Assembly: GCA_947625895.1 (NCBI GenBank)
Contig: CANQPZ010000003.1
Span: 1 to 57,591, forward strand
Origin: an uncultured Clostridia bacterium
GTDB taxonomy: Bacteria; Bacillota; Clostridia; TANB77; CAG-508
Length of the DNA: 57,591 nucleotides
Direction: 5' to 3'
Shown: piece by piece, positions 1 to 9,462 of the stretch
How positions within the stretch are numbered: the first letter of the stretch is position 1
Layout: every line of letters begins with the position of its first letter
The notes under the pieces: generated by a model
Databases searched by the model: none
Told to the model about the DNA's origin: nothing
The model's input: the letters and a program-made list of their open reading frames with translations, nothing else
Program-made: the position numbers and the translations under genes

Positions 1-51
1 ATTACTTGTATCAAGACTTAACGAAATAATAAAATTATGGATAGCAAATAC

Positions 52-97
52 ACTCTTAATCTGACGGTCGGAGGTTCGATCCCTCTATGGCTCACCA
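52..97 (+). pseudogene. 3' half of tRNA-Lys(CTT), from the anticodon loop to CCA; probable att junction of an element lying left of the window
   Basis: ACT-CTT-AA-TCTGA-CGGTC-GGAGG-TTCGATC-CCTCT-ATGGCTC-ACCA gives anticodon loop, T arm and acceptor 3' strand; bases 1-51 cannot form a D arm or 5' acceptor strand. Confidence 0.75.
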
Positions 98-102
98 AGA
101 TA

Positions 103-132
103 TTGCTATCCGAACCCGGATAGCAATTTTTT
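103..132 (+). terminator. Hairpin plus T-run after the tRNA CCA (att right half)
   Basis: TTGCTATCCG-AACC-CGGATAGCAA followed by TTTTTT. Confidence 0.75.
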
Positions 133-148
133 ATAGGAGAGAGAATAT

Positions 149-709
149 ATGAATAAAAAATCAATTAAAATTATAGTAGTTTTATTTATAATAATCATTA
201 TAGTTGGAGTTGGCGTTTTTATTTTAAATCATAAGTTGGCTTCAAATGAAACAGAGACATTTAACAAAATAAGTATAACAATTAAAGGTTATACTGTTAA
301 TATTAATTCAAAAGAAGTAGGACATCCATCAAGTGAATCATACTTTAATACTTCATTTAATATTATAGATAATAATCAGTATACAAACACATATAATGTT
401 GATTTTATTGATTTAAAATTAGATTCAGAAAATACTTCTGATGGTGAAATAAACTATGATATTGCTAGGCCAGAAGAAGTAACAATAAATGATAAAAAAT
501 TTAATTATTATTTAGATGATTCTGATGGAAATGCTACAAGTGCCACATTATCTTATGTAATACCAGATGGATCATTGGTTATTAAAGTAAGTGGTGTAAG
601 TGTATTTGATTCTAACGGTAAGCAAGTGAAAACATCAGCATTAGTAGATAAAAAAGTTTTAGAATCAAATGAATTAGCAGAGATATTAAATTTTACTGTA
701 AACAAATAG
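149..709 (+). CDS. Hypothetical N-terminally membrane-anchored protein
   Basis: 186 aa; AGGAG RBS; MNKKS followed by a hydrophobic helix. Confidence 0.8.
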   Translation: MNKKSIKIIVVLFIIIIIVGVGVFILNHKLASNETETFNKISITIKGYTVNINSKEVGHPSSESYFNTSFNIIDNNQYTNTYNVDFIDLKLDSENTSDGEINYDIARPEEVTINDKKFNYYLDDSDGNATSATLSYVIPDGSLVIKVSGVSVFDSNGKQVKTSALVDKKVLESNELAEILNFTVNK

Positions 710-739
710 ATTTCGGTTTTAGAAAGGTTCAGTTCACCA
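710..739 (+). repeat. att-like 30-nt left-half motif
   Basis: ATTTCGGTTTTAGAAAGGTTCAGTTCACCA aligns without gaps to the two minus-strand copies. Confidence 0.7.
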
Positions 740-793
740 AGAAGCGTAGCTAATCCTTTTATAGTGTTAATTGAAAAGTGTGCTAAAAGTGTA

Positions 794-833
794 AATTCCT
801 TATCAGTACTTGTAACTGATAAGGAATTTTTTT
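794..833 (+). terminator. Intrinsic terminator
   Basis: AATTCCTTATCAGT...ACTGATAAGGAATT plus T-run. Confidence 0.7.
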
Positions 834-890
834 GCAATTAAAAGAGCTTTCATATTCTAATTCTTCATCTTATGCTTATATCTTCAAATT

Positions 891-1142
891 TTATAATGTT
901 GAAAAATAATTTATAGCTAATGTTGTAATTATTCCTATTATAATTAAGCTTATTATTATTATCCATTTTGATTTTTTAGATATTTTTTTATTTAGCAAAG
1001 CAAAAACACCTAATACGAATAATACAATTAAAATACCTATGTTAATATTTTCTAACTCTGTATTTTTCCTATCTGGTGGTGGTCCATATAATGTTGGTTG
1101 TTCTATAACATTTGACAACTTTTCTATATTTGCTTTTTTCAC
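891..1142 (-). CDS. Small two-TM protein with a PTLYGPPP motif; probable radical SAM partner
   Basis: 83 aa; start overlaps the radical SAM stop; YGPP motif precedes two hydrophobic helices. Confidence 0.7.
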   Translation of the reverse strand: MKKANIEKLSNVIEQPTLYGPPPDRKNTELENINIGILIVLFVLGVFALLNKKISKKSKWIIIISLIIIGIITTLAINYFSTL

Positions 1143-2236
1143 TCTACTTTACCTCCTTCTAATATTTGTTTTAAGCATAATTTTGGTTTGTTTTTTTCAA
1201 AATCCCATGTATGTAAAGAATCTCCTCTACAATATTTCCAATTTTCACACTTTTCACAATCTTCACATTTTAATTTGTCTAAATTTCTGAACCATTTAAA
1301 CTGATTTTCCCAAACTTGTATAAAATCATCTTGATTTACATTACCTTGTATTAATTCTTTTCTTCTTTCAACATTAGGGCAGACATAAATATCCCCATTA
1401 TATAAAATACTTGCAGTTGTAAAACCTGCCATACAAAAAAACATATTATTTCGTATTTCTTTTTCAAATTTCATTCCCACGAAATGAGCACATCCATATG
1501 TTATTTTAAATTTAGATTTATTTCTTTTTTCTTTTATAAAATTTAATAAATATTCATAATCATCTTTTTCCAAAGCTAAATTACTATTATCATTTGCTCT
1601 TCCAATTGGATCCATATTCGTTATTCTCCAAGAGTCAATTTCTAAATCATCCATAACTTTATACATTTGTTCTAATTCATTTATGTTTAATTTATTTACA
1701 ACAGTAGTTATTTGAAAGCACTGTAAAAATTTATCTTGTTGAAGTTTTCTTATATTTTCAATTACTTTTGTATAAGAACCTTTAACTCCTCTAAAATTGT
1801 CATGACTTTCTTCTAATCCATCTATACTTATGGACATTGTTGCAAGTTTAGTTTCTTTCATTTTTTTAATTATTTCATCATCAATTAACATTCCATTTGT
1901 TGTAATTCCCCAATGATATCCTAAATCAGATGCAAATTTCATTACTTCAAATAAATCTTGTCGTACTAATGGTTCTCCTCCTGTTACATTTATTAAAATT
2001 TTACTTGCATCATATTTATCTGCGATACTTTTAAATGTTTTTTTTATTTGTTCTGTTGTAAGTTCATTTTGTATATCTATATTTTCTCCCGCTCTACTTC
2101 CACAATGTTTACATTTAGCATTACATCTTAATGTTGTTTCCCAAAATAAATTATAAAGTACAGGATGTTTAGACAATTCCATTTTATTTTTATATGTTAG
2201 TTCAGCTTCTCCATATTTTAGTATTTCTTTTATCAT
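1139..2236 (-). CDS. Radical SAM/SPASM-domain protein
   Basis: CNAKCKHC (CX3CX2C), TGGEP, C-terminal Cys cluster (CMAG...VCP...CEKC..WKYCRGD...C). Confidence 0.92.
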   Translation of the reverse strand: MIKEILKYGEAELTYKNKMELSKHPVLYNLFWETTLRCNAKCKHCGSRAGENIDIQNELTTEQIKKTFKSIADKYDASKILINVTGGEPLVRQDLFEVMKFASDLGYHWGITTNGMLIDDEIIKKMKETKLATMSISIDGLEESHDNFRGVKGSYTKVIENIRKLQQDKFLQCFQITTVVNKLNINELEQMYKVMDDLEIDSWRITNMDPIGRANDNSNLALEKDDYEYLLNFIKEKRNKSKFKITYGCAHFVGMKFEKEIRNNMFFCMAGFTTASILYNGDIYVCPNVERRKELIQGNVNQDDFIQVWENQFKWFRNLDKLKCEDCEKCENWKYCRGDSLHTWDFEKNKPKLCLKQILEGGKVE

Positions 2237-2379
2237 ATCAAAAACTATTCCTTCCTAGTTTTCTATATTTTACATATTAAGCATAACATACAAAATTATA
2301 TTTTTCAATACTAAACTATTTTGATATTTTTGTGGTATAATAGAAACAAAATAAAATTAAGAAAGGAAGAAAACTCATT

Positions 2380-3648
2380 ATGGAAAAACAAATACACAAA
2401 AAAAAGAAAAAGAAAAAGCAAAAACTAAATTATAAAAGAGTGGTCATTGCGATTTTCTTAGCAATTGTAATAGTATTTGGAATTTCAGAACTAGTATACA
2501 CAATTACACATCTAAATGTGGATAACGGTGATAATAATGAAAATATAGCTAAAGTAGAAGAAAAAATACCAGAGGATAGTATAGCAAATATTGTAGCTAT
2601 AGGAGATACTTTATGCCATAGTCAAAACTTTAAAGATGCTTATAATAGCCAAACAGGAACTTATGATTTTTCTCCAATGTTTAAATATATAACAAAATAT
2701 TTTGAAGATGCAACTGTTGCAGTTGGAAATTTGGAAGCAACATTAGCAGGACCATCCAGACCATATACAGGATATCCAACTTTTAATACACCAGAAGCAC
2801 TAGCTACAGATTTAAAAGAACTTGGATTAGATATAATGACAACAGCCAATAATCATGCACTTGATATTGGATATACAGGTTTAGTTTCTACATTAGACTA
2901 TTTAGATGCAGCAGGATTAGAACATACAGGAAGAGCAAGAAGTCAAGAAGAACAAAATAAAATTTTGTTAAAAGATTTGAATGGAATCAAAACAGCATTT
3001 TTATCTTTTACTTATGGAACAAATGGAATACCACTTCCTACAGGTAAAGAATATTGTGTTAATTTAATTGATAAAGATTTTATAAAACAAAAAATAGATC
3101 AAGCAAAAGAAGAAGGAGCAGAGCTTATTTGTGTTAGTATGCATTGGGGAGATGAATATAAAATAAAGCAAAATGCAGAGCAAGAGGAATTAGCAAAATT
3201 TCTAATTGAAAATGATGTAAAAGTTATTTTAGGATGTCATCCACATGTATTAGAACCTATGGAAATGAAAACAATTACCATGGAAGATGGAACAACAAAG
3301 ACAGGATTTGTAATTTATTCTATGGGAAATTTCTTTTCTGCACAAACATATGAAAATACTAGAAATACACTTATTCTAAATGTTCAAATAAGAAAAAATG
3401 GACAAACAGGTGAAATAACAATAGACAATGCAACATATACTCCAGTATATGTGTATGATAATAATTTAGGACAAAATCCAAATGCAAATGGACAAGATAG
3501 ATATGAATTATTAGACATAGAAACAATTATAAAAGAATATGAAGCAGGATCTGGAAATTGGAATACAACTATGTACAATTTAGCAAAAACAGAATTAGAA
3601 AGGACAGTAAAAATTCTTGGTCCAGAAATATTTAATACAGAAAATTAA
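2380..3648 (+). CDS. CapA (PGA_cap) family metallophosphoesterase-like protein
   Basis: GDTLCH, GNLE, TANNHALD, HWGDEY, GCHPHV and YSMGNF motifs; N-terminal TM anchor. Confidence 0.9.
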   Translation: MEKQIHKKKKKKKQKLNYKRVVIAIFLAIVIVFGISELVYTITHLNVDNGDNNENIAKVEEKIPEDSIANIVAIGDTLCHSQNFKDAYNSQTGTYDFSPMFKYITKYFEDATVAVGNLEATLAGPSRPYTGYPTFNTPEALATDLKELGLDIMTTANNHALDIGYTGLVSTLDYLDAAGLEHTGRARSQEEQNKILLKDLNGIKTAFLSFTYGTNGIPLPTGKEYCVNLIDKDFIKQKIDQAKEEGAELICVSMHWGDEYKIKQNAEQEELAKFLIENDVKVILGCHPHVLEPMEMKTITMEDGTTKTGFVIYSMGNFFSAQTYENTRNTLILNVQIRKNGQTGEITIDNATYTPVYVYDNNLGQNPNANGQDRYELLDIETIIKEYEAGSGNWNTTMYNLAKTELERTVKILGPEIFNTEN

Positions 3649-3658
3649 AATACAAAAT

Positions 3659-3696
3659 AAAAAGGAACTTTTTAACAAATAAAAAAGTTCCTTTTT
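3659..3696. terminator. Bidirectional terminator
   Basis: AAAAAGGAACTTTTT...AAAAAGTTCCTTTTT between convergent genes. Confidence 0.75.
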
Positions 3697-3707
3697 GGTT
3701 ATAAAGT

Positions 3708-5549
3708 TTATAATTTTATATTTAAGATTCGTAATGAATTTAAAACACATATAATTGAAACACCAACATCAGCAAATACAGCAGCCCACATAGTTGATAA
3801 ACCGAAAGCACTTAAAGTCAAAACTAATAATTTAACAAAAATAGCAAATAAAATATTTTGTTTTACAATTGTCATAGTTTTTTTAGATAATATAATTGCA
3901 CTATTTAATTTAGAAGGTTCATCTGTCATAATAACAATATCGGCAGCTTCAATTGCACTATCCGAACCTAAAGCTCCCATAGCAATTCCTATATCGGATA
4001 AAGCTAGAACTGGACTATCATTCATTCCATCTCCAACAAATATAACATTTCCCTTTGAAGATTTTAGTTTCATAATTTCTTCTAATTTTGTTGCCTTATC
4101 AGTAGGAAGCAATTCAGCATAAACTTCGTCAATCCCTAACTTTTTAGCAACATACTCACCAACCTCTTTTTTATCACCTGTAAGCATAATGGTTCTTTTA
4201 ATGGATTGATTTTTTAAATTTAAAATTAATTGTTCAGAATCATCTTTTATTTGATCTGCGATTATAATATAACCCGCAAATTTTTTTTCAAGTGCAATAT
4301 ATAAAATTGTTCCAATTTCATTGCATTTTATATAATCAATATTTTCCTTCTTCATCCATTTTTCATTTCCAACCAACACTTCTTTGTTATCTATTTTACT
4401 AGAAATTCCAAAACCAGAAAATTCTTTAAAATCTGAAATTAAAGATGTATCAATATCTTTTCCATAAGCTTGTTTCAAGGATAAAGAAATTGGATGATTA
4501 GAATAATTTTCACTATAAGTAGCAAGTTTTAACAATTCTTCTTCTGACATTCCAATTGCTTTTATTTTTTGAACTTCAAAAGTTCCTTTTGTTAAGGTTC
4601 CAGTTTTATCAAATACTACAATTTCACTATCTGCTAAAAGTTCTAAATAGTTTCCACCTTTTACTAAAACTCCAATTTTTGATGCTTTACCAATTCCAGC
4701 AAAGAAACCTAAAGGAATAGATAAAACTAATGCACATGGACAAGATACAACTAAAAATGTTAGGGCTCTATAAAACCATACTTGGAATGTAGATATATGA
4801 AGAACAAAAGGTGGAACCAAGGCTAAAATAAAAGCAATAAGAACAACAATAGGCGTATAGTATTTTGCAAATTTAGTAATAAAATTTTCAGATTTGGCTT
4901 TTTTACTGCTTGCATTTTCTACTAAGTCTAATATTTTACTTACAGTTGATTGCTCAAATGTTTTATTTACTTGCAAAGTCAATAAACTAGTTTGATTAAT
5001 ACAACCACTTAAAACGACATCACCTATATTTACTTCTCTTGGAACAGATTCACCAGTTAAACTAGAGGTATCTAGCAAAGAAGTTCCCTCAATCACAGTT
5101 CCATCTAAAGGTATTTTTTCACCAGGTTTTACAATAATTGTTTCGCCTAAATTTACTTCATTTGGATTTACTTTAATAAACTTATTATTACGATTAACAC
5201 AAGCAAAGTCGGGTCTAATATCCATTAATTTCGTTATTGATTTTTTAGATTTATCAACAGCATAATCTTGAAGCATTTCACCTATTTGATAAAATAGCAT
5301 AACACATACCGCTTCAGGAAATTCTCCAATAACAAAAGCACCTATAGTAGCAATTAGCATAAGACAATTTTCATCAAAAAATTTTCCTTTGAAGAAATTT
5401 TCAAAAGCTTCTTTAATTACTTCATGACCTATCAATAAATAACTAAAAAAATATACAATGGCATTAATATGTTCATTTGTGAAAGGAACTAAAAGAGCTA
5501 TTAGAAATAGACAAACAGATAAAAATATTTGAATAACCTTATTTTTCAT
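3708..5549 (-). CDS. cadA: Heavy-metal (Cd/Zn) P1B-type ATPase
   Basis: TGES, SCPC, DKTGTLT, HP and GDGMNDSP motifs. Confidence 0.9.
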   Translation of the reverse strand: MKNKVIQIFLSVCLFLIALLVPFTNEHINAIVYFFSYLLIGHEVIKEAFENFFKGKFFDENCLMLIATIGAFVIGEFPEAVCVMLFYQIGEMLQDYAVDKSKKSITKLMDIRPDFACVNRNNKFIKVNPNEVNLGETIIVKPGEKIPLDGTVIEGTSLLDTSSLTGESVPREVNIGDVVLSGCINQTSLLTLQVNKTFEQSTVSKILDLVENASSKKAKSENFITKFAKYYTPIVVLIAFILALVPPFVLHISTFQVWFYRALTFLVVSCPCALVLSIPLGFFAGIGKASKIGVLVKGGNYLELLADSEIVVFDKTGTLTKGTFEVQKIKAIGMSEEELLKLATYSENYSNHPISLSLKQAYGKDIDTSLISDFKEFSGFGISSKIDNKEVLVGNEKWMKKENIDYIKCNEIGTILYIALEKKFAGYIIIADQIKDDSEQLILNLKNQSIKRTIMLTGDKKEVGEYVAKKLGIDEVYAELLPTDKATKLEEIMKLKSSKGNVIFVGDGMNDSPVLALSDIGIAMGALGSDSAIEAADIVIMTDEPSKLNSAIILSKKTMTIVKQNILFAIFVKLLVLTLSAFGLSTMWAAVFADVGVSIICVLNSLRILNIKL

Positions 5550-5929
5550 TAGAATTCTCCTTTTGATTATTTTTATGTTCTATATGTTCTACTCCAACCT
5601 CAAATAACTGTTTTATATGATCGTCATCTAACATATAGTAAACTTCTTTTCCACTTTTTCTACATTTTACAATTCCACTTTTTCTTAAAGTTCCTAATTG
5701 ATGAGAAATAGAAGATTTGCTCATTCCTAAAACATTAGCAATATCACAAACACACATTTCATTTTGATCTAAAGCAAAAAGAATTTTAGTCCTAGTAGTA
5801 TCACCGAAGAATTTTAAAAAAATTTGCTAAATTATAAAATAAAATTTCATTTGCCATTTTTTTTAATGTATCATCTACAATATCTTGGTGAATAATATTA
5901 CAATCACAAATAAATTCATTTTTTGACAT
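5539..5929 (-). CDS. ArsR/SmtB (CadC-like) repressor with a +1 frameshift at CGG (5804-5806)
   Basis: ATG at 5929 with AAGGAG RBS reads MSKNEFICDC...FFKIL-CGG-TGA; skipping one C gives GDTTRTKILFALDQNEMCVCDIA; about 129 aa. Confidence 0.85.
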
Positions 5930-5949
5930 ATTAAAATCTCCTTATAAAA

Positions 5950-6009
5950 TATTAATTGAATAAACATTCAATTAATATAATTATAGTTGAATACATATTC
6001 AATTGTCAA
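5950..6009 (-). promoter_or_regulatory. SigA promoter overlapped by two ArsR/CadC-type operators
   Basis: TTGAAT-N4-ATTCAA palindromes within 5950-5977 and at 5987-6002; TTGACA (6004-6009) and TATAAT (5980-5985) on the minus strand. Confidence 0.75.
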
Positions 6010-6118
6010 TAGAAAATCGAAAAAATTTTTTAATCATATTTATGTAAATTTTTAAAAGCAGTTGACAAAAAGGCTTAAAAAAGCTAAAATAAAAATGTTA
6101 TAAACATACAAAGGAGGG

Positions 6119-7075
6119 ATGGATTTGCTAAAAATATATAATACAAATTTAGAAAATGATAAAACGGAAGAAATCAAAGAATTTAAAAAAGGTTCATGGA
6201 TTAATTTAGTAAATCCGTCGGATGCAGAAATAAAAAAAGTATGCGAGGGAGTCAATATTGAAGAAGACTATATTAAAGATGCTTTAGACTATGAAGAAAA
6301 AGCTAGAATTGACCAAGATGAAGATGACAATGTAACATTTATTGTAATTGATACACCAACTTTAGAAAAATCAGAAGAAAATGATGTTTATTCTACTATT
6401 CCTTTAGGAATGATTGTAGTGAGAGATGATTTTTTCATAACAGTATCATTACAAAAAAACAAAATTATCGAAAATTTTGAAAAAAAGAAAGTAAAAAATT
6501 TTCAAACCTATAAAAAAACGAGATTCATTTTTCAAATTTTGTACTTAAATTCTTCATATTTTTTAAATTACTTAAAACAAATTAATAAAGAAACGGAAAT
6601 AGCAGAATACATATTAAAAAATTCGATGAAAAATAAAGAACTCTTAAAATTATTAAGTTTAGAAAAAGGTTTAGTATATTTTACAACTTCTTTGAAATCT
6701 AATGAAGCGGTAATGGAAAAAATCATGAGAGGAAAAATTATTAAGTTATATGAAGATGATGAAGAAATACTAGAAGATGCCATTACGGAAAATAAGCAAG
6801 CAATAGAAATGGCACAAATTTATAGTAATATTTTAAATGGAACAATGGATGCATATGCTTCTATTATTTCTAATAATTTAAATGGAGTAATGAAATTTTT
6901 GACATCTATTACAATTGTTTTAGCAGTACCCACAATGATATCAAGTTTTTGGGGAATGAATGTTGGATTACCATTCCAAAATAGCCCGTTTGGATTTGCT
7001 GTAATGATATTAATATCAGTTATATTAACATTATTAGTAACATACTGGTTAAAACGAAAAGATATGTTAAATTAG
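6119..7075 (+). CDS. corA: CorA family Mg/Co transporter
   Basis: GMN motif between two C-terminal TM helices. Confidence 0.9.
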   Translation: MDLLKIYNTNLENDKTEEIKEFKKGSWINLVNPSDAEIKKVCEGVNIEEDYIKDALDYEEKARIDQDEDDNVTFIVIDTPTLEKSEENDVYSTIPLGMIVVRDDFFITVSLQKNKIIENFEKKKVKNFQTYKKTRFIFQILYLNSSYFLNYLKQINKETEIAEYILKNSMKNKELLKLLSLEKGLVYFTTSLKSNEAVMEKIMRGKIIKLYEDDEEILEDAITENKQAIEMAQIYSNILNGTMDAYASIISNNLNGVMKFLTSITIVLAVPTMISSFWGMNVGLPFQNSPFGFAVMILISVILTLLVTYWLKRKDMLN

Positions 7076-7087
7076 AAATAAATTTAT

Positions 7088-7120
7088 CAAAGCAAGATTT
7101 ATAAAAAATCTTGCTTTTTT
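7088..7120 (+). terminator. Intrinsic terminator
   Basis: AAAGCAAGATTT...AAATCTTGCTTT plus T-run. Confidence 0.7.
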
Positions 7121-7139
7121 AATATAAAATTAATCAAAT

Positions 7140-7168
7140 GTATAATTTTAAACAAAAAGCATATACTA
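7140..7168 (+). promoter_or_regulatory. Possible forespore SigG/SigF-type promoter
   Basis: GTATA-17-TATACTA upstream of the DUF378 gene. Confidence 0.4.
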
Positions 7169-7195
7169 TAAAAAAGAAAATAAAGGAGGAAAAAA

Positions 7196-7387
7196 ATGAA
7201 AATAATAGATAAAATTGCGTTAGTATTAATTGTCATAGGAGCTTTAAACTGGGGATTAATTGCATTGTTCAATTTTGACTTAGTTGCAGCAATTTTTGGA
7301 GATATGACAGTTCTTTCTCGAATCGTTTATGGATTAGTTGGTTTATCTGGCTTATGGGGAATTAAATTATTATTTGACAAAGATTAA
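7196..7387 (+). CDS. DUF378 family small membrane protein
   Basis: LVLIVIGALNWGLI..FNFDLV...RIVY.LVG signature. Confidence 0.85.
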   Translation: MKIIDKIALVLIVIGALNWGLIALFNFDLVAAIFGDMTVLSRIVYGLVGLSGLWGIKLLFDKD

Positions 7388-7464
7388 TATAAAGTAGTAT
7401 AATATAATATGTTAACCTTGTAGAAATAATTTCAAATTTTAATTAAAAAAGAGAGGGGAAAACT

Positions 7465-7767
7465 ATGGCAGCAGAGGAAAAAAGAACTCTAGCAAAGGTT
7501 GTTATAGGGGCTTTATTGACAGAGTGTGAATATCACATAATTGGACGGTTAGAAGGAATCCCCCAAATAGGATATGAACTGACATATTTATCAGACGGGG
7601 AAAGATGTAATACACAAGAAATTGTAAGAAGCATTATAACCAAAGATAGATATCATTCATTTTACCCTGGAAGGATGACCATAATAACTGACAAGAATAT
7701 TTATATCGCAGATAATTTTATTACATTTAATGAGAATTCACGGAGAGGAAGCAGGCTAAGAATTTAG
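7465..7767 (+). CDS. Hypothetical protein containing two in-frame CGG codons (7546, 7741)
   Basis: 100 aa; GAGGGG RBS; terminator hairpin at 7749-7778. Confidence 0.6.
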   Translation: MAAEEKRTLAKVVIGALLTECEYHIIGRLEGIPQIGYELTYLSDGERCNTQEIVRSIITKDRYHSFYPGRMTIITDKNIYIADNFITFNENSRRGSRLRI

Positions 7768-7874
7768 CTTGCTTTTTTATGTGAGTTTTATAGAATAACC
7801 TTGAAATTTTAAGAGAAATAAAGTATAATAAGTAACGAAAAATTAGCAAAAATATAATATAGGAGAAAAGAAAA

Positions 7875-9458
7875 ATGTTAAGTGCAAATGGAGTAACCGT
7901 AAGGTTTGGAAAAAGAGTATTATTTGAAGATGTTAATATAAATTTTGGAAAAGGAAATTGCTATGGAATTATTGGAGCAAACGGTGCTGGAAAATCAACT
8001 TTTCTTAAAATATTATCAAAAGAAATTGAACCAAGCAAAGGAGATGTCAGCTTAGACAAAGGAGAAAGATTATCTGTTTTAAAACAAGATCACTTTGCTT
8101 ATGAAGAATACACTGTAATTGATACAGTTATAATGGGAAACAAAGAATTATATGATATTATGAAAGAAAAAGATGCTATATATAGTAAGCCAGATTTTTC
8201 CGAAGAAGATGGAATGAAAGCAGCTAAATTAGAAGAAAGATTCGCAGAATTAGATGGATGGAATGCAGAATCAGATGCCGCTATTCTATTAAATAATTTA
8301 GGAATTATTCCAGATAATCATTACAAATTAATGAAAGAAATAGAAGCAAAAGATAAGGTAAAAGTATTATTAGCACAAAGTTTATTTGGGAATCCAGATG
8401 TTTTATTATTAGATGAGCCAACAAACGACTTAGACTTAAAAAGTATTAACTGGCTACAAGACTTTCTAATGGATTTTGAAAATACTGTAATTGTAGTATC
8501 ACATGACAGATATTTTTTAAATAAAGTTTGTACGCATATAGCAGATGTAGACTTTGGAAAAATTAAAGTATATCCAGGAAACTATGACTTTTGGTATGAA
8601 TCAAGCCAACTTGCATTAAAACAAGCAAGAGAACAGAATAAGAAAAAAGAAGAAAAAATTAAAGAATTACAAGACTTTATTGCAAGATTTAGTGCAAATG
8701 CTTCTAAATCAAAACAAGCAACATCAAGGAAAAAGACATTAGAAAAAATTGAATTAGAAGAAATAAAACCATCTAATCGAAAATATCCATACATTGATTT
8801 TAAACCAGATCGTGAGCCTGGAAAAGAAATTTTGGAAGTAAAAAATGTATCAAAAACGATAGAAGGAGTAAAAGTTTTAGACAAAGTATCATTTGCAATC
8901 AAACAAGGAAATAAAATTGCATTTTTAGCAGATAACGAAATTGCAAAAACAGTATTATTCCAAATTATTTCAGGGGAATTAGAGCCAGATGAAGGTGAAC
9001 TAATATGGGGAACAACCATAACGAAAAATTATTTTCCAAAAGATAATAATTATTTATTTAACACAGATGAGAACTTAACAGAATGGCTTAGAAAATATTC
9101 AAAAGATCCAGATGAAACTTATGTAAGAGGATTTTTAGGAAGAATGTTATTTTCAGGAGATGAAGCATTAAAAAAAGTAAATGTTCTTTCAGGTGGAGAA
9201 AAAGTAAGATGTGTATTATCTAAAATGATGTTATCAGGTGCTAATTTTTTAATTTTTGACGAACCAACAAATCATTTAGATATGGAAAGTATAACAGCAT
9301 TAAATGAGGGAATGAAAAAATTTAATGGAAATATATTATTTACATCACATGATCATGAACTAACACAAACAGTAGCGAACCGAATAATAGATATTAAAAA
9401 TGACGGAACAGTAATCGATAGAGAAATAACCTATAATGAATATTTAGGGGTGGAATAA
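7875..9458 (+). CDS. ABC-F family ATP-binding protein (YkpA/YbiT-like)
   Basis: Two ABC domains (GANGAGKST, LLDEPTN, LSGGE, FDEPTNHLD); no TM segments. Confidence 0.9.
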   Translation: MLSANGVTVRFGKRVLFEDVNINFGKGNCYGIIGANGAGKSTFLKILSKEIEPSKGDVSLDKGERLSVLKQDHFAYEEYTVIDTVIMGNKELYDIMKEKDAIYSKPDFSEEDGMKAAKLEERFAELDGWNAESDAAILLNNLGIIPDNHYKLMKEIEAKDKVKVLLAQSLFGNPDVLLLDEPTNDLDLKSINWLQDFLMDFENTVIVVSHDRYFLNKVCTHIADVDFGKIKVYPGNYDFWYESSQLALKQAREQNKKKEEKIKELQDFIARFSANASKSKQATSRKKTLEKIELEEIKPSNRKYPYIDFKPDREPGKEILEVKNVSKTIEGVKVLDKVSFAIKQGNKIAFLADNEIAKTVLFQIISGELEPDEGELIWGTTITKNYFPKDNNYLFNTDENLTEWLRKYSKDPDETYVRGFLGRMLFSGDEALKKVNVLSGGEKVRCVLSKMMLSGANFLIFDEPTNHLDMESITALNEGMKKFNGNILFTSHDHELTQTVANRIIDIKNDGTVIDREITYNEYLGVE

Positions 9459-9462
9459 GATT

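Larger units (their letters stand above)
98..739 (+). mobile_element. Putative single-gene, integrase-free cassette at the tRNA-Lys 3' end
   Basis: Starts with the trailer AGATATTGCTATCCGAACCCGGATAGCAA shared with tRNA-Arg(TCT); ends with the 30-nt motif at 710-739 that is shared with 43460-43489 and 44459-44488. Confidence 0.6.

Noticed and set aside
796-826. Hairpin similar to 43398-43432 (TTATCAGT...ACTGATAA) as part of the cassette system
   Set aside because: Only an 8-bp arm is shared and the positions relative to att differ; treated as ordinary terminators
553-837. 94-aa minus ORF, representative of the many antisense ORFs in the track (e.g. 1039, 8582, 11686, 20057, 51052, 55459)
   Set aside because: They overlap well-supported genes on the opposite strand, show shadow composition and lack an RBS
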